DNA of 63,816 nucleotides, the filler included, from Octopus bimaculoides (lineage: Eukaryota): assembly GCF_001194135.2 (NCBI RefSeq). It is 4 parts of 4 records of this genome, joined end to end, with 100 filler letters (N's around TTAATTAATTAA, not from the genome) between each part and the next. Parts side by side here need not be neighbours in the genome. Positions count along the whole stretch, not along the records: positions 1 to 10,101 come from NC_069007.1; positions 10,202 to 34,317 come from NC_068981.1; 2 more parts are not named here. One strand, written 5' to 3'. Positions 1-11,639 of the stretch are shown here, piece after piece; positions within the stretch are counted from its first letter, which is position 1, and the number at the start of each line of letters is the position of its first letter. The position numbers and the translations under genes were made by a program. The notes beneath the pieces were generated by a model. It saw only the letters and a list, made by a program, of their open reading frames with translations, was not told the origin of the DNA and did no database searches.

Positions 1-140
1 CTTAGCGGTTCGACAAAAAAAGACCGATAGAAATAAGTACTAGGCTTACAAAGAATAAGTCCTGGGGTCGATTTGCTCGACTAAAAATAAGGCGGTGCTC
101 CAGTATGGCCACAATCAAATGACTGAAACAAGTAAAAGAG
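1..140 (+). mobile_element. SINE family A (tRNA/CORE-type), 3' half
   Basis: cttagcggttcg...gtcgattt...ggcggtgctccag...gactgaaacaagtaaaagag block recurs many times in the window (e.g. inverted at 2991-3265). Confidence 0.8.
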
Positions 141-670
141 TATAACACAATTCATATATATGTAATATGTATGTATTATATAATAAAAATATAATAATGC
201 AGAAACACGGCCCGGTGTCAAATGATTCATGGCCCGCTGCTTCAAGCTAAAATTAGCCCCGATTAAATAGATTTTGGGATCAAAAGTATTCCAAACCACG
301 ACCATCCTATTTGTTTTGCATATTTAGAACTACACAATGTCCGATGTATTTTCCTTCAAAGATAGCTGTGTGGTGTGTATGATAGACAGAGAGGTGAGGG
401 CGATTTGGCTGTTATTTCTAGCAGACCAGAGTTGGTTTGCCACCTGATAGGTGCGCCATTTTAGGAAAAACAGTAGTCGCAGGGCAGCAGGCACAGTTAG
501 AAAGCGCCGGACTACTTTCATTCTCAGCTCGCATATCTCACTTTCGGTTTTCTACGTTTAACTAAACTGCATCAACAAAGCCAGCTCGTGTTACTGCAGA
601 GGTCGATAATCTACATACTAACAACAGAATGCGTGAACAACAACAACAACAACACACACACACACACATA

Positions 671-882
671 CGGATGCTGAAAAGCTCCTGGCTTTAAGGG
701 TGTTGCGAAAGGCCTGGTTGGAGGCCCAACATTCTGAGTTCTTTTACAGGGCTTAGAAAAACTGAAGGACCGCTGCAATATCTGTGTGAATCTGAAAGGG
801 GAATATATTGGATAAAAATCAATTAACTGATCCTCCAGTATTTTCATTCACCCAAAGCCAAGAATTTTTAACCAACTCTTCG
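671..882 (+). mobile_element. mariner-type internal-deletion derivative
   Basis: Imperfect TIRs (cggatgctgaaaagctcctggcttt / aaagccaagaatttttaaccaactcttcg), TA on the left. Internal frame FLQGLEKLKDRCNICVNLKGEYIG* resembles a mariner transposase C-terminus. Confidence 0.65.
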
Positions 883-913
883 TGGGTGTGTATTTTCAAA
901 TTATTGTTGTGTG

Positions 914-1019
914 TTACTCTTTACTTGTCTCAGTCATTTGACTGCGGCCATGCTGGAGCACCGCCTTTTAGTCGAGCAAATCGACCCCGGGACTTATTCT
1001 TTGTAAGCCTAGTACTTAT
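914..1019 (-). mobile_element. SINE family A 3' tail, truncated by gap
   Basis: Near-identical to the reverse complement of 20-140. Confidence 0.75.
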
Positions 1020-1257
1020 NNNNNNNNNNNNNNNNNNNNNNNNNNNNNNNNNNNNNNNNNNNNNNNNNNNNNNNNNNNNNNNNNNNNNNNNNNNNNNNNN
1101 NNNNNNNNNNNNNNNNNNNNNNNNNNNNNNNNNNNNNNNNNNNNNNNNNNNNNNNNNNNNNNNNNNNNNNNNNNNNNNNNNNNNNNNNNNNNNNNNNNNN
1201 NNNNNNNNNNNNNNNNNNNNNNNNNNNNNNNNNNNNNNNNNNNNNNNNNNNNNNNNN

Positions 1258-1366
1258 TTAATGTCACATATTAAATAAAGCGTTTTTCACCTGGTCGTGC
1301 AGGATTTTCAATTTGAAAATCCTACACGATTAGGTGAAAAGCGCTTTATTTAATATGTGACATTAA
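1258..1366. repeat. foldback inverted repeat, about 52-bp arms
   Basis: ttaatgtcacatattaaataaagcg... is mirrored by ...cgctttatttaatatgtgacattaa with almost no loop. Confidence 0.9.
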
Positions 1367-1821
1367 CAAAAATCTGTAAATGTACAAACATCCAGATTTC
1401 TGAGCACCTTAATTTTTTTTCTATATAATTTCTGTACATCACCTCCAAACCTTCCAATAGAGAGAGAGAGAGAGAGCCTTGGTACAAAGTACCAAGATCA
1501 GATCACACTTACAGGTAAACTGTACTTAAGACCAACGTTAAAGTTATTTATAGTTGGTCTGGAGTGACCAAGTAGCTGTTTGTCTTTCAAAAACAAAGGC
1601 AAAAACCAAGCAACTGAATAAATGAAAAGCTCAAAAGAAAGATAGAAAAAAAAAAGAACCTTCTTCATTATTAATCAACCTGCAACGTCTTTTTCTTTCT
1701 TTCTGTATAGGGAATAATTAATTAGCTAATTACCTAATTGTTTAGGTTTGTTAGCGAAATATATGAATGGCTTTATGCGGCATAGTAAATTTCGCAAATA
1801 CAAGGGTCATTTTTTTTATTT

Positions 1822-2177
1822 TTGTTCTTAATATCTTTTATTTCGATCACTGGACTGCGGAGGATCGATCCCATTATTTACTTTTTTTTCCCCAAGTCTG
1901 GTATTTATTTTATCGGTTTCCTCTGATCGAATCCCACTGTTGCAGGGACGTAAACAAACGTACACCGATTTTCAAGCAATGGAGACAAAGATACACCACG
2001 CATGCACACACACTCAGGCTTCTACGCAGTTTCCGTCGACCAATTTCACTCTCGAAGTATTTATTTGTCGACCAGGGACTATAGATGAAGACACTCACCC
2101 AAGGTGCCGCGCTGTGGGACTGAACCCGAGAAACTATATTGTTTCAAAGCGAGTTTCTCAACCACACAGCCATGCCA
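1822..2177 (-). mobile_element. degenerate near full-length SINE family A
   Basis: tRNA-like head (gctggcatggctgtgtggttgag...gggttcagtcccac), CORE-like ccttgggtgagtgtcttc, then family A body. Confidence 0.65.
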
Positions 2178-2344
2178 GCACTATGAATAAAGAGAATAAT
2201 TAGTTTTGTTAGGGACATACATGTCTGAATGAATTTTATGCGACGTAATAAATTTGGTCAAGATCCAACAGAAAAATAGTATTTCGCAAATACGATTACT
2301 TGTGTGCTTAAAAAAATAAAAACCACTGCTTGACATTTTGGGCA

Positions 2345-2470
2345 AGTATCTTCAACTCATTTTTCTATAGCGAAGTAAAACTGGAGCAGAAATAAAGTGT
2401 CTTGCTCAAGAACACAGCCCAATCCGAGAAACGAACTCGCAACCTCACGATTGTAAGCCCGATGCTCTGT
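2345..2470 (-). mobile_element. tRNA/CORE SINE fragment
   Basis: Shares aaataaagtgtcttgctcaagaacaca with the copy at 20195-20495. Confidence 0.5.
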
Positions 2471-2622
2471 CGCTTGTACGCGTGTGTGTGTGTGTTATCT
2501 ACTCCGTTCCTTGACTCTTGTATTCTTAGCCGCATACCCGGCAACCCTGGTCACCTACCGTGAAATAAAAAGAACTATTTCCAGTTTATCGTGCTTTGAG
2601 ACGGAAAACATCCACAACCTTC

Positions 2623-2985
2623 CATCATCATCATTTAACGTCCGTTTTCCATGCTAGCATGGGTTGGACGATTTGACTGAGGACTGGTGAAACCAGATGG
2701 CTACACCAGGCTTCAATCTGATTTGGCAGTTTCTACAGCTGGATGCTCTTCCTAACACCAGCCACTCCGAGAGTGTAGTGGATGCTTTTACATACCACTG
2801 GCACAAAGGCCAGTCAGGTGGTGCTGGCAACGGCCACGCTCAAAATGGTGTATTTTACGTGCCACCTGCACAGGAGCCAGTCCAGCGGCACTGGCAACGA
2901 TCTCGCTCGAATGTCTTTACACGTGCCACCGGCACAAGTGCCAGGAAGGCGACGCTGGGCATAGGTGCCAAACCACCATTGGCCC
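2623..2985 (-). mobile_element. (GAT)n-tailed retroposon 3' end (SINE or LINE tail) with internal ~65-bp repeats
   Basis: Ends in a (GAT)n tail on the minus strand. The unit tttacgtgccaccggcac recurs at 2787, 2854 and 2916. Confidence 0.55.
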
Positions 2986-2990
2986 CTAAA

Positions 2991-3265
2991 ACTCTTTTAC
3001 TTGTTTTAGTTATTTGACTGCAGCCATACTGGAGCACCGCCTTTAGTCAAGCAAATCGACCCCAGGACTTATTCTTTGTAAGCCTAGTACTTATTCTATC
3101 GGTCTCTTTTTGCCGAACCGCTATGTTACGGGGACCTAAACACATCAGCATCGGTTGTCAAGCGATGTTGGGGGGATAAACACAGACACACAAACATACA
3201 CACGCACATACATACATATATATACATATATATATATACACATATATACGACGGGCTTCTTTCAG
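2991..3265 (-). mobile_element. SINE family A, 3' two-thirds with internal microsatellite
   Basis: Matches 1-140 in reverse, then (CA/TA)n, then acgggcttctttcag at the start of the head module. Confidence 0.85.
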
Positions 3266-3555
3266 NNNNNNNNNNNNNNNNNNNNNNNNNNNNNNNNNNN
3301 NNNNNNNNNNNNNNNNNNNNNNNNNNNNNNNNNNNNNNNNNNNNNNNNNNNNNNNNNNNNNNNNNGACAGAAACGTATAGATATGCATGTACACACAGAT
3401 AGACTGATAGACATACATATATATATATATACATAGACTGATGGACATACGAGTATATATATAGAGAGAGAGAGAGATAGATATACGTACATATATTTAC
3501 ACGTAACCGAAATAAATGTGTATATATTTATATATGCCTATACATATATACACAT

Positions 3556-3592
<37 letters not shown>

Positions 3593-4609
3593 CATATACG
3601 TATAGATATGCATGTACATATAGATAGACCGATAGACATACGCGTATATATAGATATACGTACATATACGTCCATATATCCACACGTAACCGAAATCAAT
3701 GTATATATATTTATACACCAATACATTTCCATGCCTATAACGTGTATTAAACAATATATATCACATAAATATTACCTCTTTATCGTCACGAGTCCTCCTC
3801 AACAGATCGGCAGCGTGCCGGTCTACCTCTTTCTTCGTTCGGAACATTATTACTAGATATATATATATAAATCACTACTAATTGGAATTGTTAGTAATTG
3901 GGTAGAATCACTGTAGATGTTATGTATCTGTTGGCTATACGATCACTTCGTTCATTGTAGGTTTTTCAAGTTAAATAAAAACAACGCCAAACTAACGTGC
4001 GTCTTTTTCAAAAGGGATTTTTTCCGCCATCAAACTGACTGGAAAAAGGTTCGTTTCTGGTTTAACGACAGTGCGTCTGTCGTAAAGAAAGATCCGCTTT
4101 ATGGCACATGGTTGCGTGTGAGCGTTATAATACATGTGTGTGTGTGTGTGCATATATATNNNNNNNNNNNNNNNNNNNNNNNNNNNNNNNNNNNNNNNNN
4201 NNNNNNNNNNNNNNNNNNNNNNNNNNNNNNNNNNNNNNNNNNNNNNNNNNNNNNNNNNNNNNNNNNNNNNNNNNNNNNNNNNNNNNNNNNNNNNNNNNNN
4301 NNNNNNNNNNNNNNNNNNNNNNNNNNNNNNNNNNNNNNNNNNNNNNNNNNNNNNNNNNNNNNNNNNNNNNNNNNNNNNNNNNNNNNNNNNNNNNNNNNNN
4401 NNNNNNNNNNNNNNNNNNNNNNNNNNNNNNNNNNNNNNNNNNNNNNNNNNNNNNNNNNNNNNNNNNNNNNNNNNNNNNNNNNNNNNNNNNNNNNNNNNNN
4501 NNNNNNNNNNNNNNNNNNNNNNNNNNNNNNNNNNNNNNNNNNNNNNNNNNNNNNNNNNNNNNNNNNNNNNNNNNNNNNNNNNNNNNNNNNNNNNNNNNNN
4601 NNNNNNNTA

Positions 4610-4777
4610 CATACACGACGGGCTTCTTTCAGTTTCTGTTTACCAAATCCACTCACAAGGCTTTGGTCGGTCCGAGGCTATAGTAGAAGAAACTTGCCCA
4701 AGGTATCACGCAGTGGGACTGAACCCGGAACCATGTGGTTGGTAAGCAAGCTACTTACCACACAGCCACATCTGCGT

Positions 4778-4808
<31 letters not shown>

Positions 4809-5460
4809 GCTTTTACTTGTTTCAGTCATTGGACTGCGGCCATGCTGGGGCACCGCCTGGAAGGTTCTTAAGTCGAACGAATCGACCTTAGCACTTATTC
4901 TGTCGGTCACTTTTCCCGAGCCACTGAGTAACGCAGACGTACACAAACTAACACTGGTTTCATTATGAGGAAACCGAAAGTGTTTCCTCACAAGGGTTTG
5001 GTCGGCCTGCGGTTATAGTAGAAAACGCTTTCCCAAGGTGCCATGCAGTGGGACAGAACTCAGAACCATGTGATTTGGAAGCATTGTTCTAGTCACTGAA
5101 CACTGCGGCCATGCTGGGGCACAACTTTGAAGGGTTTAGTCGACCGAATCCACCCAGTGCTTGTAAGCTTTTCTTTCTTTCTTTCTTTTTTTTTTTTTAG
5201 TCTGGTACTAATTCTATCTTATTCTTTTGGCCGAAACGCTAAGTTAGTGGGACGTAAACAAACCAACAACGGTTGTCAAATTTTCTAACACGTAAAAGTA
5301 AACAGGAAATATTTATGAAAACTTATTTTTGAAATTAAGATAAAAATTGGGGCTACGATTTTTTAAATTTTTTTATCTCATGAGTTTTATTGTAATTATT
5401 TTATTCTTTTACTTGCTTCAGTCATTTTGACTGCGGCCATGCTGGAGCACTATCTTATGG
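4610..5460 (-). mobile_element. cluster of SINE family A heads and tails
   Basis: Heads at about 4610-4775 and 4960-5095; tails at about 4806-4960, 5090-5280 and 5400-5460. Confidence 0.8.
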
Positions 5461-5499
5461 CTTGGCAAAAGTATGCCACATTCTTCTCTCTTTTCTCAG

Positions 5500-6960
5500 C
5501 AAGCGTGACGTGCAATAATGATCAATGAAATGGTGTAAAAGACCCTACCTAAATCGTCAACAAGCAGAGAAATATCTAAAATGGCTTGTCTGAAGAGAGA
5601 GAGATGCGTTGGAACAGTCAATCTGACAAACAGGGCCTCGCACTTGTGGATAGCTATCTTCGCCCCGAAAGTGGTGAGCGGGATATAGTCCGGGGGCCGA
5701 GAACGCTGGAGGTCTCCCACTGTCACAGGCTCAACCATAAACCTGTCAAAGAGCAACCGATACTTTAACAGTTAGCCCTTCTCTGCCTGACGTGCACCGG
5801 AGCCTAGGCTGGTAGCTGAACAAACCAAGTTATCGCTGGAAAACGTGTCACAGCATGTGGCGTCCCAGATGAGGGGCCTATCACCACGCAACGGGAAAAT
5901 TGTCATCGTCAGGCCTTTTACCGTTCCTCGATCTTCCCTAGGAAGGGAAGCCTGCAGCGTCTAGGCCACCATGCTTTATGATCTCAAGAACAGCATGGTG
6001 TGGAAGGCGACCTGCACTGTTATTTATTTACTAATTTGTTATTGCTATAAGACGTTCGTTGCTGGCTTTTATTGATCTCGAGAGTAGTTATGTTTTTATG
6101 AATGAGCAGACAGGGCAGTTACCCAGGGTCCTCACGGATCTAGCGGCCCTATTCTGATCTGTGTATGTTGTGACTTGCTGTCAATAAATAAATACTATAG
6201 GGTCCAATGCATTGATTTCGTTTGTGAGACCGGATCGCTGCAATGAACAACGGTATTTGTTTCACGTTGCGTACTCGGTTCAACAAGGATGCCCGTTGTT
6301 ATTTCTACTGTCTGTTTTGGTACTCGAGTCACTGCCGAGAAATTTGGAGATGTTGAGGGTTGTACCGGCATACAGCTTGGGACATGAGAAGGCAAGTCTA
6401 TGCGACAGCAAGTTTTGCAGGTCGGACGATAGTCCGCAGCTAACAACCACCCCAGTCCGTCGGGATACCGTGAATGATGATATGCATCATCTATGGATAT
6501 TCCTGTGAGTGTTCATACGATAGGTTTTCTCAAGACTCCACTTTGACTGCGTTACAATCCCGTGTTAAGTGCAGACTGGGGTCAGGTGTTTGGTACCTGA
6601 AATGTTACCAGGTCGCTCATTGCAGTCAATTAGTCAGAAAATAAAGTTAGTGAATGCATTCTACAGAGGACTAGAAGAGGATAGTAACTTCTCAAGCAAT
6701 AATAACTTCTCAATGCATCGACGAGGATGATCGAAGCGGTCTCTTCTGGGACCGCTTCGATCATTCCTCGTCGATGACTTCAGATTAGAGATTATGAACG
6801 TTCTTCGACAGTTCTAGACCTGGTAGTGCAACATGGGGCTTTGTCTGTTCTGGATAAACTCTGCAGCCATAGTCATATTAGAGTAGGGAGACGAAACGCA
6901 TCCAACACTTACTGGGTTCAGGAGCCGCGTTTTGTTGATTTTGGGAGTTTATGTTGAACA
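5500..6960 (+). pseudogene. decayed Tx1/L1-like non-LTR retrotransposon reverse transcriptase
   Basis: ORF 6212-6508 contains FHVAYSVQQGCPLLFLLSVLVLESLPRNL (RT motif SVRQGCPLSPLLY). EGPIT upstream and GT*EGKSM downstream fit the same clade. Many stops, frameshifts and deletions. Confidence 0.75.
6716..6776. repeat. near-perfect 26-bp hairpin inside the Tx1-like relic
   Basis: catcgacgagga-tgatcgaagcggtc / gaccgcttcgatca-t-tcctcgtcgatg, one bulged base, 8-nt spacer. Confidence 0.9.
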
Positions 6961-7724
6961 GCTATTAACACGTGCATTTTGAAGATCTTCCTCTCCTTTC
7001 CGCTGCGAATTTTTTTTTTAATACTAAATTCTAATATGATCATAATCCATACCATCTCGAAGATATTTGAAGAACATTTCATTTAAAAAATATTCATTTT
7101 TCTGAAAGTTACGAAGAAACAAAGTCGAACGGTGGGTGTACATTTGTGTAGGTATGCCCGCCACGTACCCTTGCCTTTGTAGCCGAAAATAAAAAATACA
7201 TATGCATCATTATTATTACTTGACATTTAGTATCACGAATGGTCCTTAAAGCAAGTGTTTAGTTAGGCAATATATTGGCAAAATTATCAGAGCATCGGAC
7301 AAACTATTTTTCTTCATTCATTTATTCGGATTTTTTTTTTCAAATCCCGACATTCATTCGGGATCGATAAACTAAAACACCAGTCGAGCACTGGAGTCAA
7401 TTTAACAGACTAATCCCTTCCCAAAAATTTATAACCTTATGCCTACGCTAGTAATAATAATTACAATTAAGAAAATATTTTTTAATTGATTGTCGTAAGA
7501 ACAATATCTATTTATGGCACTCGTTCAACAGTCGTTTCTATGTGATAAACAGGATTCTATTTCACTTTTTCTGATTGGTCAATTAATATTTCTGTTCGTT
7601 TTAATATTTCGATTCTCTTCAACTCAGAATGCAACGGAATGTGTGTGTTTGCGCGCGCTGGACAGAAAACAGTGACAGGAGAGAGAGAATGTTTGTGTTT
7701 GCATGTGGGTGTGTCATATATTCT

Positions 7725-7925
7725 TTTATTCTTTAACTTCTTTCAGTCATTTGACTATAGTTCTGCTTGAGCACCGCCTTAAATGGCTTTTTAGTCGAAG
7801 AAATCGAGCCCAGAACTTATTCTTTGTAAGCCTAGGACTTATTCTGTCGGTCACTTTTTACAGGGACGTAAATACACCAGCATGGGTTGTCAAGCGATGT
7901 TGGTGGGGGACAAACACAGATAAAT
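7725..7925 (-). mobile_element. SINE family A 3' half
   Basis: Matches 2991-3190. Confidence 0.75.
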
Positions 7926-8131
7926 ATATATCTAATAATGAATAATTTGGACAAATAAGTATAGAAGTCGATTAGCGTGCTTAAATGTTGAGTAGAGCAC
8001 CGGCACAGTTTTGGCTACCTGTGGTCATCCGCAGTTGTGGTACACTTCAGTTGGATCTACTTCAAGAACTCTGCAGGTAATAATATTAATTAACAGGAGA
8101 TGGATTCGGTATTAAATCTTTATTGTATGTA

Positions 8132-9502
8132 CAGGGGTTGGACAAAATAATGGAAACACCTAACATCATAAGTTTGAAATATCTATAAAACCATCAAAAG
8201 CTTGTTTATTTTTGTTTTTGATTTATTATTAGTCATGCTTAATATGTTTTGCTAAAATTGCTCTTTCTTTTCAGATATCATCAGAAAAAGGGGATCTTTT
8301 TTAAAACGGGGGCCACATTTTTCATTAATGTTTTACGTAGTGTTTTTGGTACCGAAAGACTTTCAAACTTCGTATACTTATCTATTTTGTGTTATAGAAC
8401 AGAAAAATATTTTTGTATTCGAATTTATTTCATGTAAAAAATTGTCTTATTTCGATAATTTCAACCAATCACTGACGTCCACTCAGCCGATATACATTAA
8501 GTGCCGACTACATAAACAAACGATTCTTCGTTTTATTTGCTTTTTTCATTTTAAATTTGCTTTAACCCTANNNNNNNNNNNNNNNNNNNNNNNNNNNNNN
8601 NNNNNNNNNNNNNNNNNNNNNNNNNNNNNNNNNNNNNNNNNNNNNNNNNNNNNNNNNNNNNNNNNNNNNNNNNNNNNNNNNNNNNNNNNNNNNNNNNNNN
8701 NNNNNNNNNNNNNNNNNNNNNNNNNNNNNNNNNNNNNNNNNNNNNNNNNNNNNNNNNNNNNNNNNNNNNNNNNNNNNNNNNNNNNNNNNNNNNNNNNNNN
8801 NNNNNNNNNNNNNNNNNNNNNNNNNNNNNNNNNNNNNNNNNNNNNNNNNNNNNNNNNNNNNNNNNNNNNNNNNNNNNNNNNNNNNNNNNNNNNNNNNNNN
8901 NNNNNNNNNNNNNNNNNNNNNNNNNNNNNNNNNNNNNNNNNNNNNNNNNNNNNNNNNNNNNNNNNNNNNNNNNNNNNNNNNNNNNNNNNNNNNNNNNNNN
9001 NNNNNNNNNNNNNNNNNNNNNNNNNNNNNNNNNNNNNNNNNNNNNNNNNNNNNNNNNNNNNNNNNNNNNNNNNNNNNNNNNNNNNNNNNNNNNNNNNNNN
9101 NNTCATCCTATGGTTGCAGAACTTTTTCCAGAGGGAAACACAATCTTTCAGGATGATAATGCACCAATTAACACAGCTATAGTTGTTACTGAATGGCACG
9201 AGGAAAATTCTATTGAAGTTGAACATCGTATCTGGTCACCACAGTCCCCAGATCTCAATATTATTGAACATTTATGGTGGATTTTAGAAAAAACAAGTAA
9301 GGAGTCGATATCCTCCACCATCATTACTACAAGAACTGGAGACTGTTTTAGCTGAAGAATGGACAAAAGTTCCTTTGGAAACAATTTAAGCTTTATACAA
9401 GTCCATACCTCGTAGAATTCAAGTTGTAATTACTGCCAAAAGCAGTCCTACCCCATATTTAAATAAATTTTAAGGTGTTTCCATTATTTTGTCCAACCCC
9501 TG
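8132..9502 (+). mobile_element. Tc1-family DNA transposon (gap in middle, decayed transposase)
   Basis: TIRs caggggttggacaaaataatggaaacacct / aggtgtttccattattttgtccaacccctg with TA on both sides. ORF 9110-9355 has FQDDNAP and WSPQSPDLNIIEHLW (DD34E-type). Confidence 0.92.
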
Positions 9503-9749
9503 TATGTGTTTGTGAGAGAGAGAGAGAGTGCCACTTAGACATCATTCTCTCTCTCTCTCTCACACACGCACACATACATAAATTTATACAAATGTACATA
9601 CAAAAACGTGTGTGCATGTGTGACTGACTACAGATACATAGAACTGAACACGGCGTGCAAAAAGTAAATAAATAAAAAGAAAATTACGGAAATTAACAAA
9701 CTGCAGATTCAAGCGAAAGAATGCCTGTATATATATATATATATATATA

Positions 9750-10083
9750 TTGTATTTGGGGATGGTCATATTGTCACAGGCACTCCCCATACACACACAT
9801 GCACTTACAAAACATAGACACACATAGAGGGATACGCATCCGTAGACACATACAATAGGAATACAAAATACAAAATGACTGATCGTTAGCAAGGTGAGAC
9901 ACACATAAGAAAGAAGAAAGCAAAGGACCACTGATGAGGTCACAGAAGTGTGACGAAAGAACTCTGGCCGAAATAGGATTAATGTAATGTAATGTAATAT
10001 AAAGCTGAAGCAAATTAACACCAAGTATACAGTGCGTGTGTTTTTATTGGCTAAACTGACAATATGACCATCCCCAAGTACAA
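9750..10083. mobile_element. non-coding 334-bp element with 27-bp terminal inverted repeats, carrying a hammerhead-like motif
   Basis: ttgtatttggggatggtcatattgtca (9750-9776) vs tgacaatatgaccatccccaagtacaa (10057-10083), 26/27 complementary. (TA)n on the left. Confidence 0.8.
9925..9969 (+). ncRNA. candidate minimal type I hammerhead ribozyme
   Basis: GGACCA-CUGAUGA-G-GUCACA(GAAG)UGUGAC-GAAA-GAAC-UC-UGGCC: intact core boxes, perfect 6-bp stem II, 2-bp stem III, CUC triplet, stem I CCA/UGG plus further pairs. Folded by eye. Confidence 0.6.
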
Positions 10084-10101
10084 CAACATCTGTTTCAACA
10101 C

Positions 10102-10201
10102 NNNNNNNNNNNNNNNNNNNNNNNNNNNNNNNNNNNNNNNNNNNNTTAATTAATTAANNNNNNNNNNNNNNNNNNNNNNNNNNNNNNNNNNNNNNNNNNN
10201 N
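10102..10201. other. synthetic assembly spacer (44 N + TTAATTAATTAA + 44 N)
   Basis: Exactly 100 bp and identical at three positions. The 12-mer gives stops in all six frames. Confidence 0.97.
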
Positions 10202-10229
10202 TATATATATATATATTTATATATATATA

Positions 10230-10261
<32 letters not shown>

Positions 10262-10321
10262 CACACGCACACACGCACACAGACGTGCGCGCACGCACAC
10301 GCGTACACATACACATATATA

Positions 10322-10510
10322 TGAGAGTGCATGAGCCTAGCGGTTAGAGTGGTGCGTGGTGTTCTTGGGCAAAACACTTCGTCTCACGTTGCTCTACGAT
10401 CACTTTGACACCTGATGCGTGGCACACAGTGCACCTGTTCAGACACGGTCGATTTGATGGTGATAATGTGCTAAAATGGAGCACGAACATTTGATCACTG
10501 TAAACAAATC
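10322..10510 (+). mobile_element. degenerate tRNA/CORE SINE
   Basis: A-box-like tgagcctagcggttag followed by CORE-like gtgttcttgggcaaaacactt. Confidence 0.5.
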
Positions 10511-11083
10511 GGCAAAAGCTGTATGCTCATACGTCAATATTAGGTTTCTTCTTTAGTAAGAAATGATCCAATCTAATTATTTGCTGATATGCTACAAAAT
10601 TTAGACGAAACCCACACTGGAATCAGTACTGCTGCTACATATGCAAACATTTTAACCTAGTCTATAAAAAAAGGTATTCAACAGATTGCCAATGATTCAC
10701 TCACCAACATGTTTTAATTCAGAGTCACGTTCCTTTAAATAAGCTTATTTTGCAGGGTCTATACATTCAGTCCCATCTGAAGGTTGTTTCATTTTCTCGT
10801 TACCTCTCGTAATATCTCACTTCCAAGATCATTCATTAAACAATTCATCCATCACCAACCGTCCATCAAACTGCAACTTTCTAGAATTCCATCCCTGAAT
10901 ACCCTGTTCCCTTGTAGACATTCATAAAGTGGTCTTTTAACTGAAAAATAGTAGCCACATCACACACACTAGCTTGAGAAGTGTTGAAACGTTAGAGACA
11001 CTACCTCTTATATATATATATATATATATATATNNNNNNNNNNAGTTAACATATAAATCCAGTATATATATATATATATATGA

Positions 11084-11361
11084 ACAATATCTCACTGAAA
11101 TATGTATACCCGCTAAACAATTTCAGTAAAATTGCTATTACACTTATTATATCGAAGGAAATCAAACGAAATTTATACTGAATAAAATATATTATACATG
11201 CAAACATTATACAAATTTGTTTTGTGTTCCAAAATTTGTATAATGTTTGTAGGTATAATATATTTTATTCAGTATAAATTTCGTTTGATTTCCTTCGATA
11301 TTATCAGAGTAATGGCAATTTTACTGAAATTTTTAGGGAGTATACATACTTCTGTGAGATA

Positions 11362-11366
<5 letters not shown>
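11084..11366. repeat. foldback element, about 135-bp arms, in (TA)n
   Basis: atcgaaggaaatcaaacgaaatttatactgaataaaatat is mirrored by atattttattcagtataaatttcgtttgatttccttcgat. Loop about 13 nt; (TA)n on both sides. Confidence 0.92.
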
Positions 11367-11397
<31 letters not shown>

Positions 11398-11408
11398 TTA
11401 CATATATA

Positions 11409-11621
11409 GAGTAATCTCCCGACTAGCGCGGGTGTTACGCTCCAAAAACCCCGCGATAGGTGAAAATCCGCGAAGTAGAAGCAGTACTGTGCTGTAATTT
11501 TATTATTATTATTATTTTTATAATTTGCATATATCTATTTATTATAAATACAAAACAACAACACCTCCGAGGATTAGATGTAACCTTAAATAATAAACCG
11601 TGATGTGGCGAGGGATTACTG
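11409..11621. mobile_element. Tigger/pogo-like MITE remnant
   Basis: TA-flanked imperfect termini gagtaatctcccgac / gcgagggattactg. Subterminal ccccgcgataggtgaaaatccgcga is typical of pogo-type MITEs. Confidence 0.55.
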
Positions 11622-11639
11622 TAACTGTTATTATTATTC

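Noticed and set aside
3917-4130. Coding exon (RFFKLNKNNAKLTCVFFKRDFFRHQTDWKK)
   Set aside because: AG/GT boundaries can be drawn but there is no homology or other support.
10146-10157. TTAATTAATTAA as a biological palindrome or homeodomain site
   Set aside because: Always centred in exactly 44+44 N at three places; a synthetic linker.
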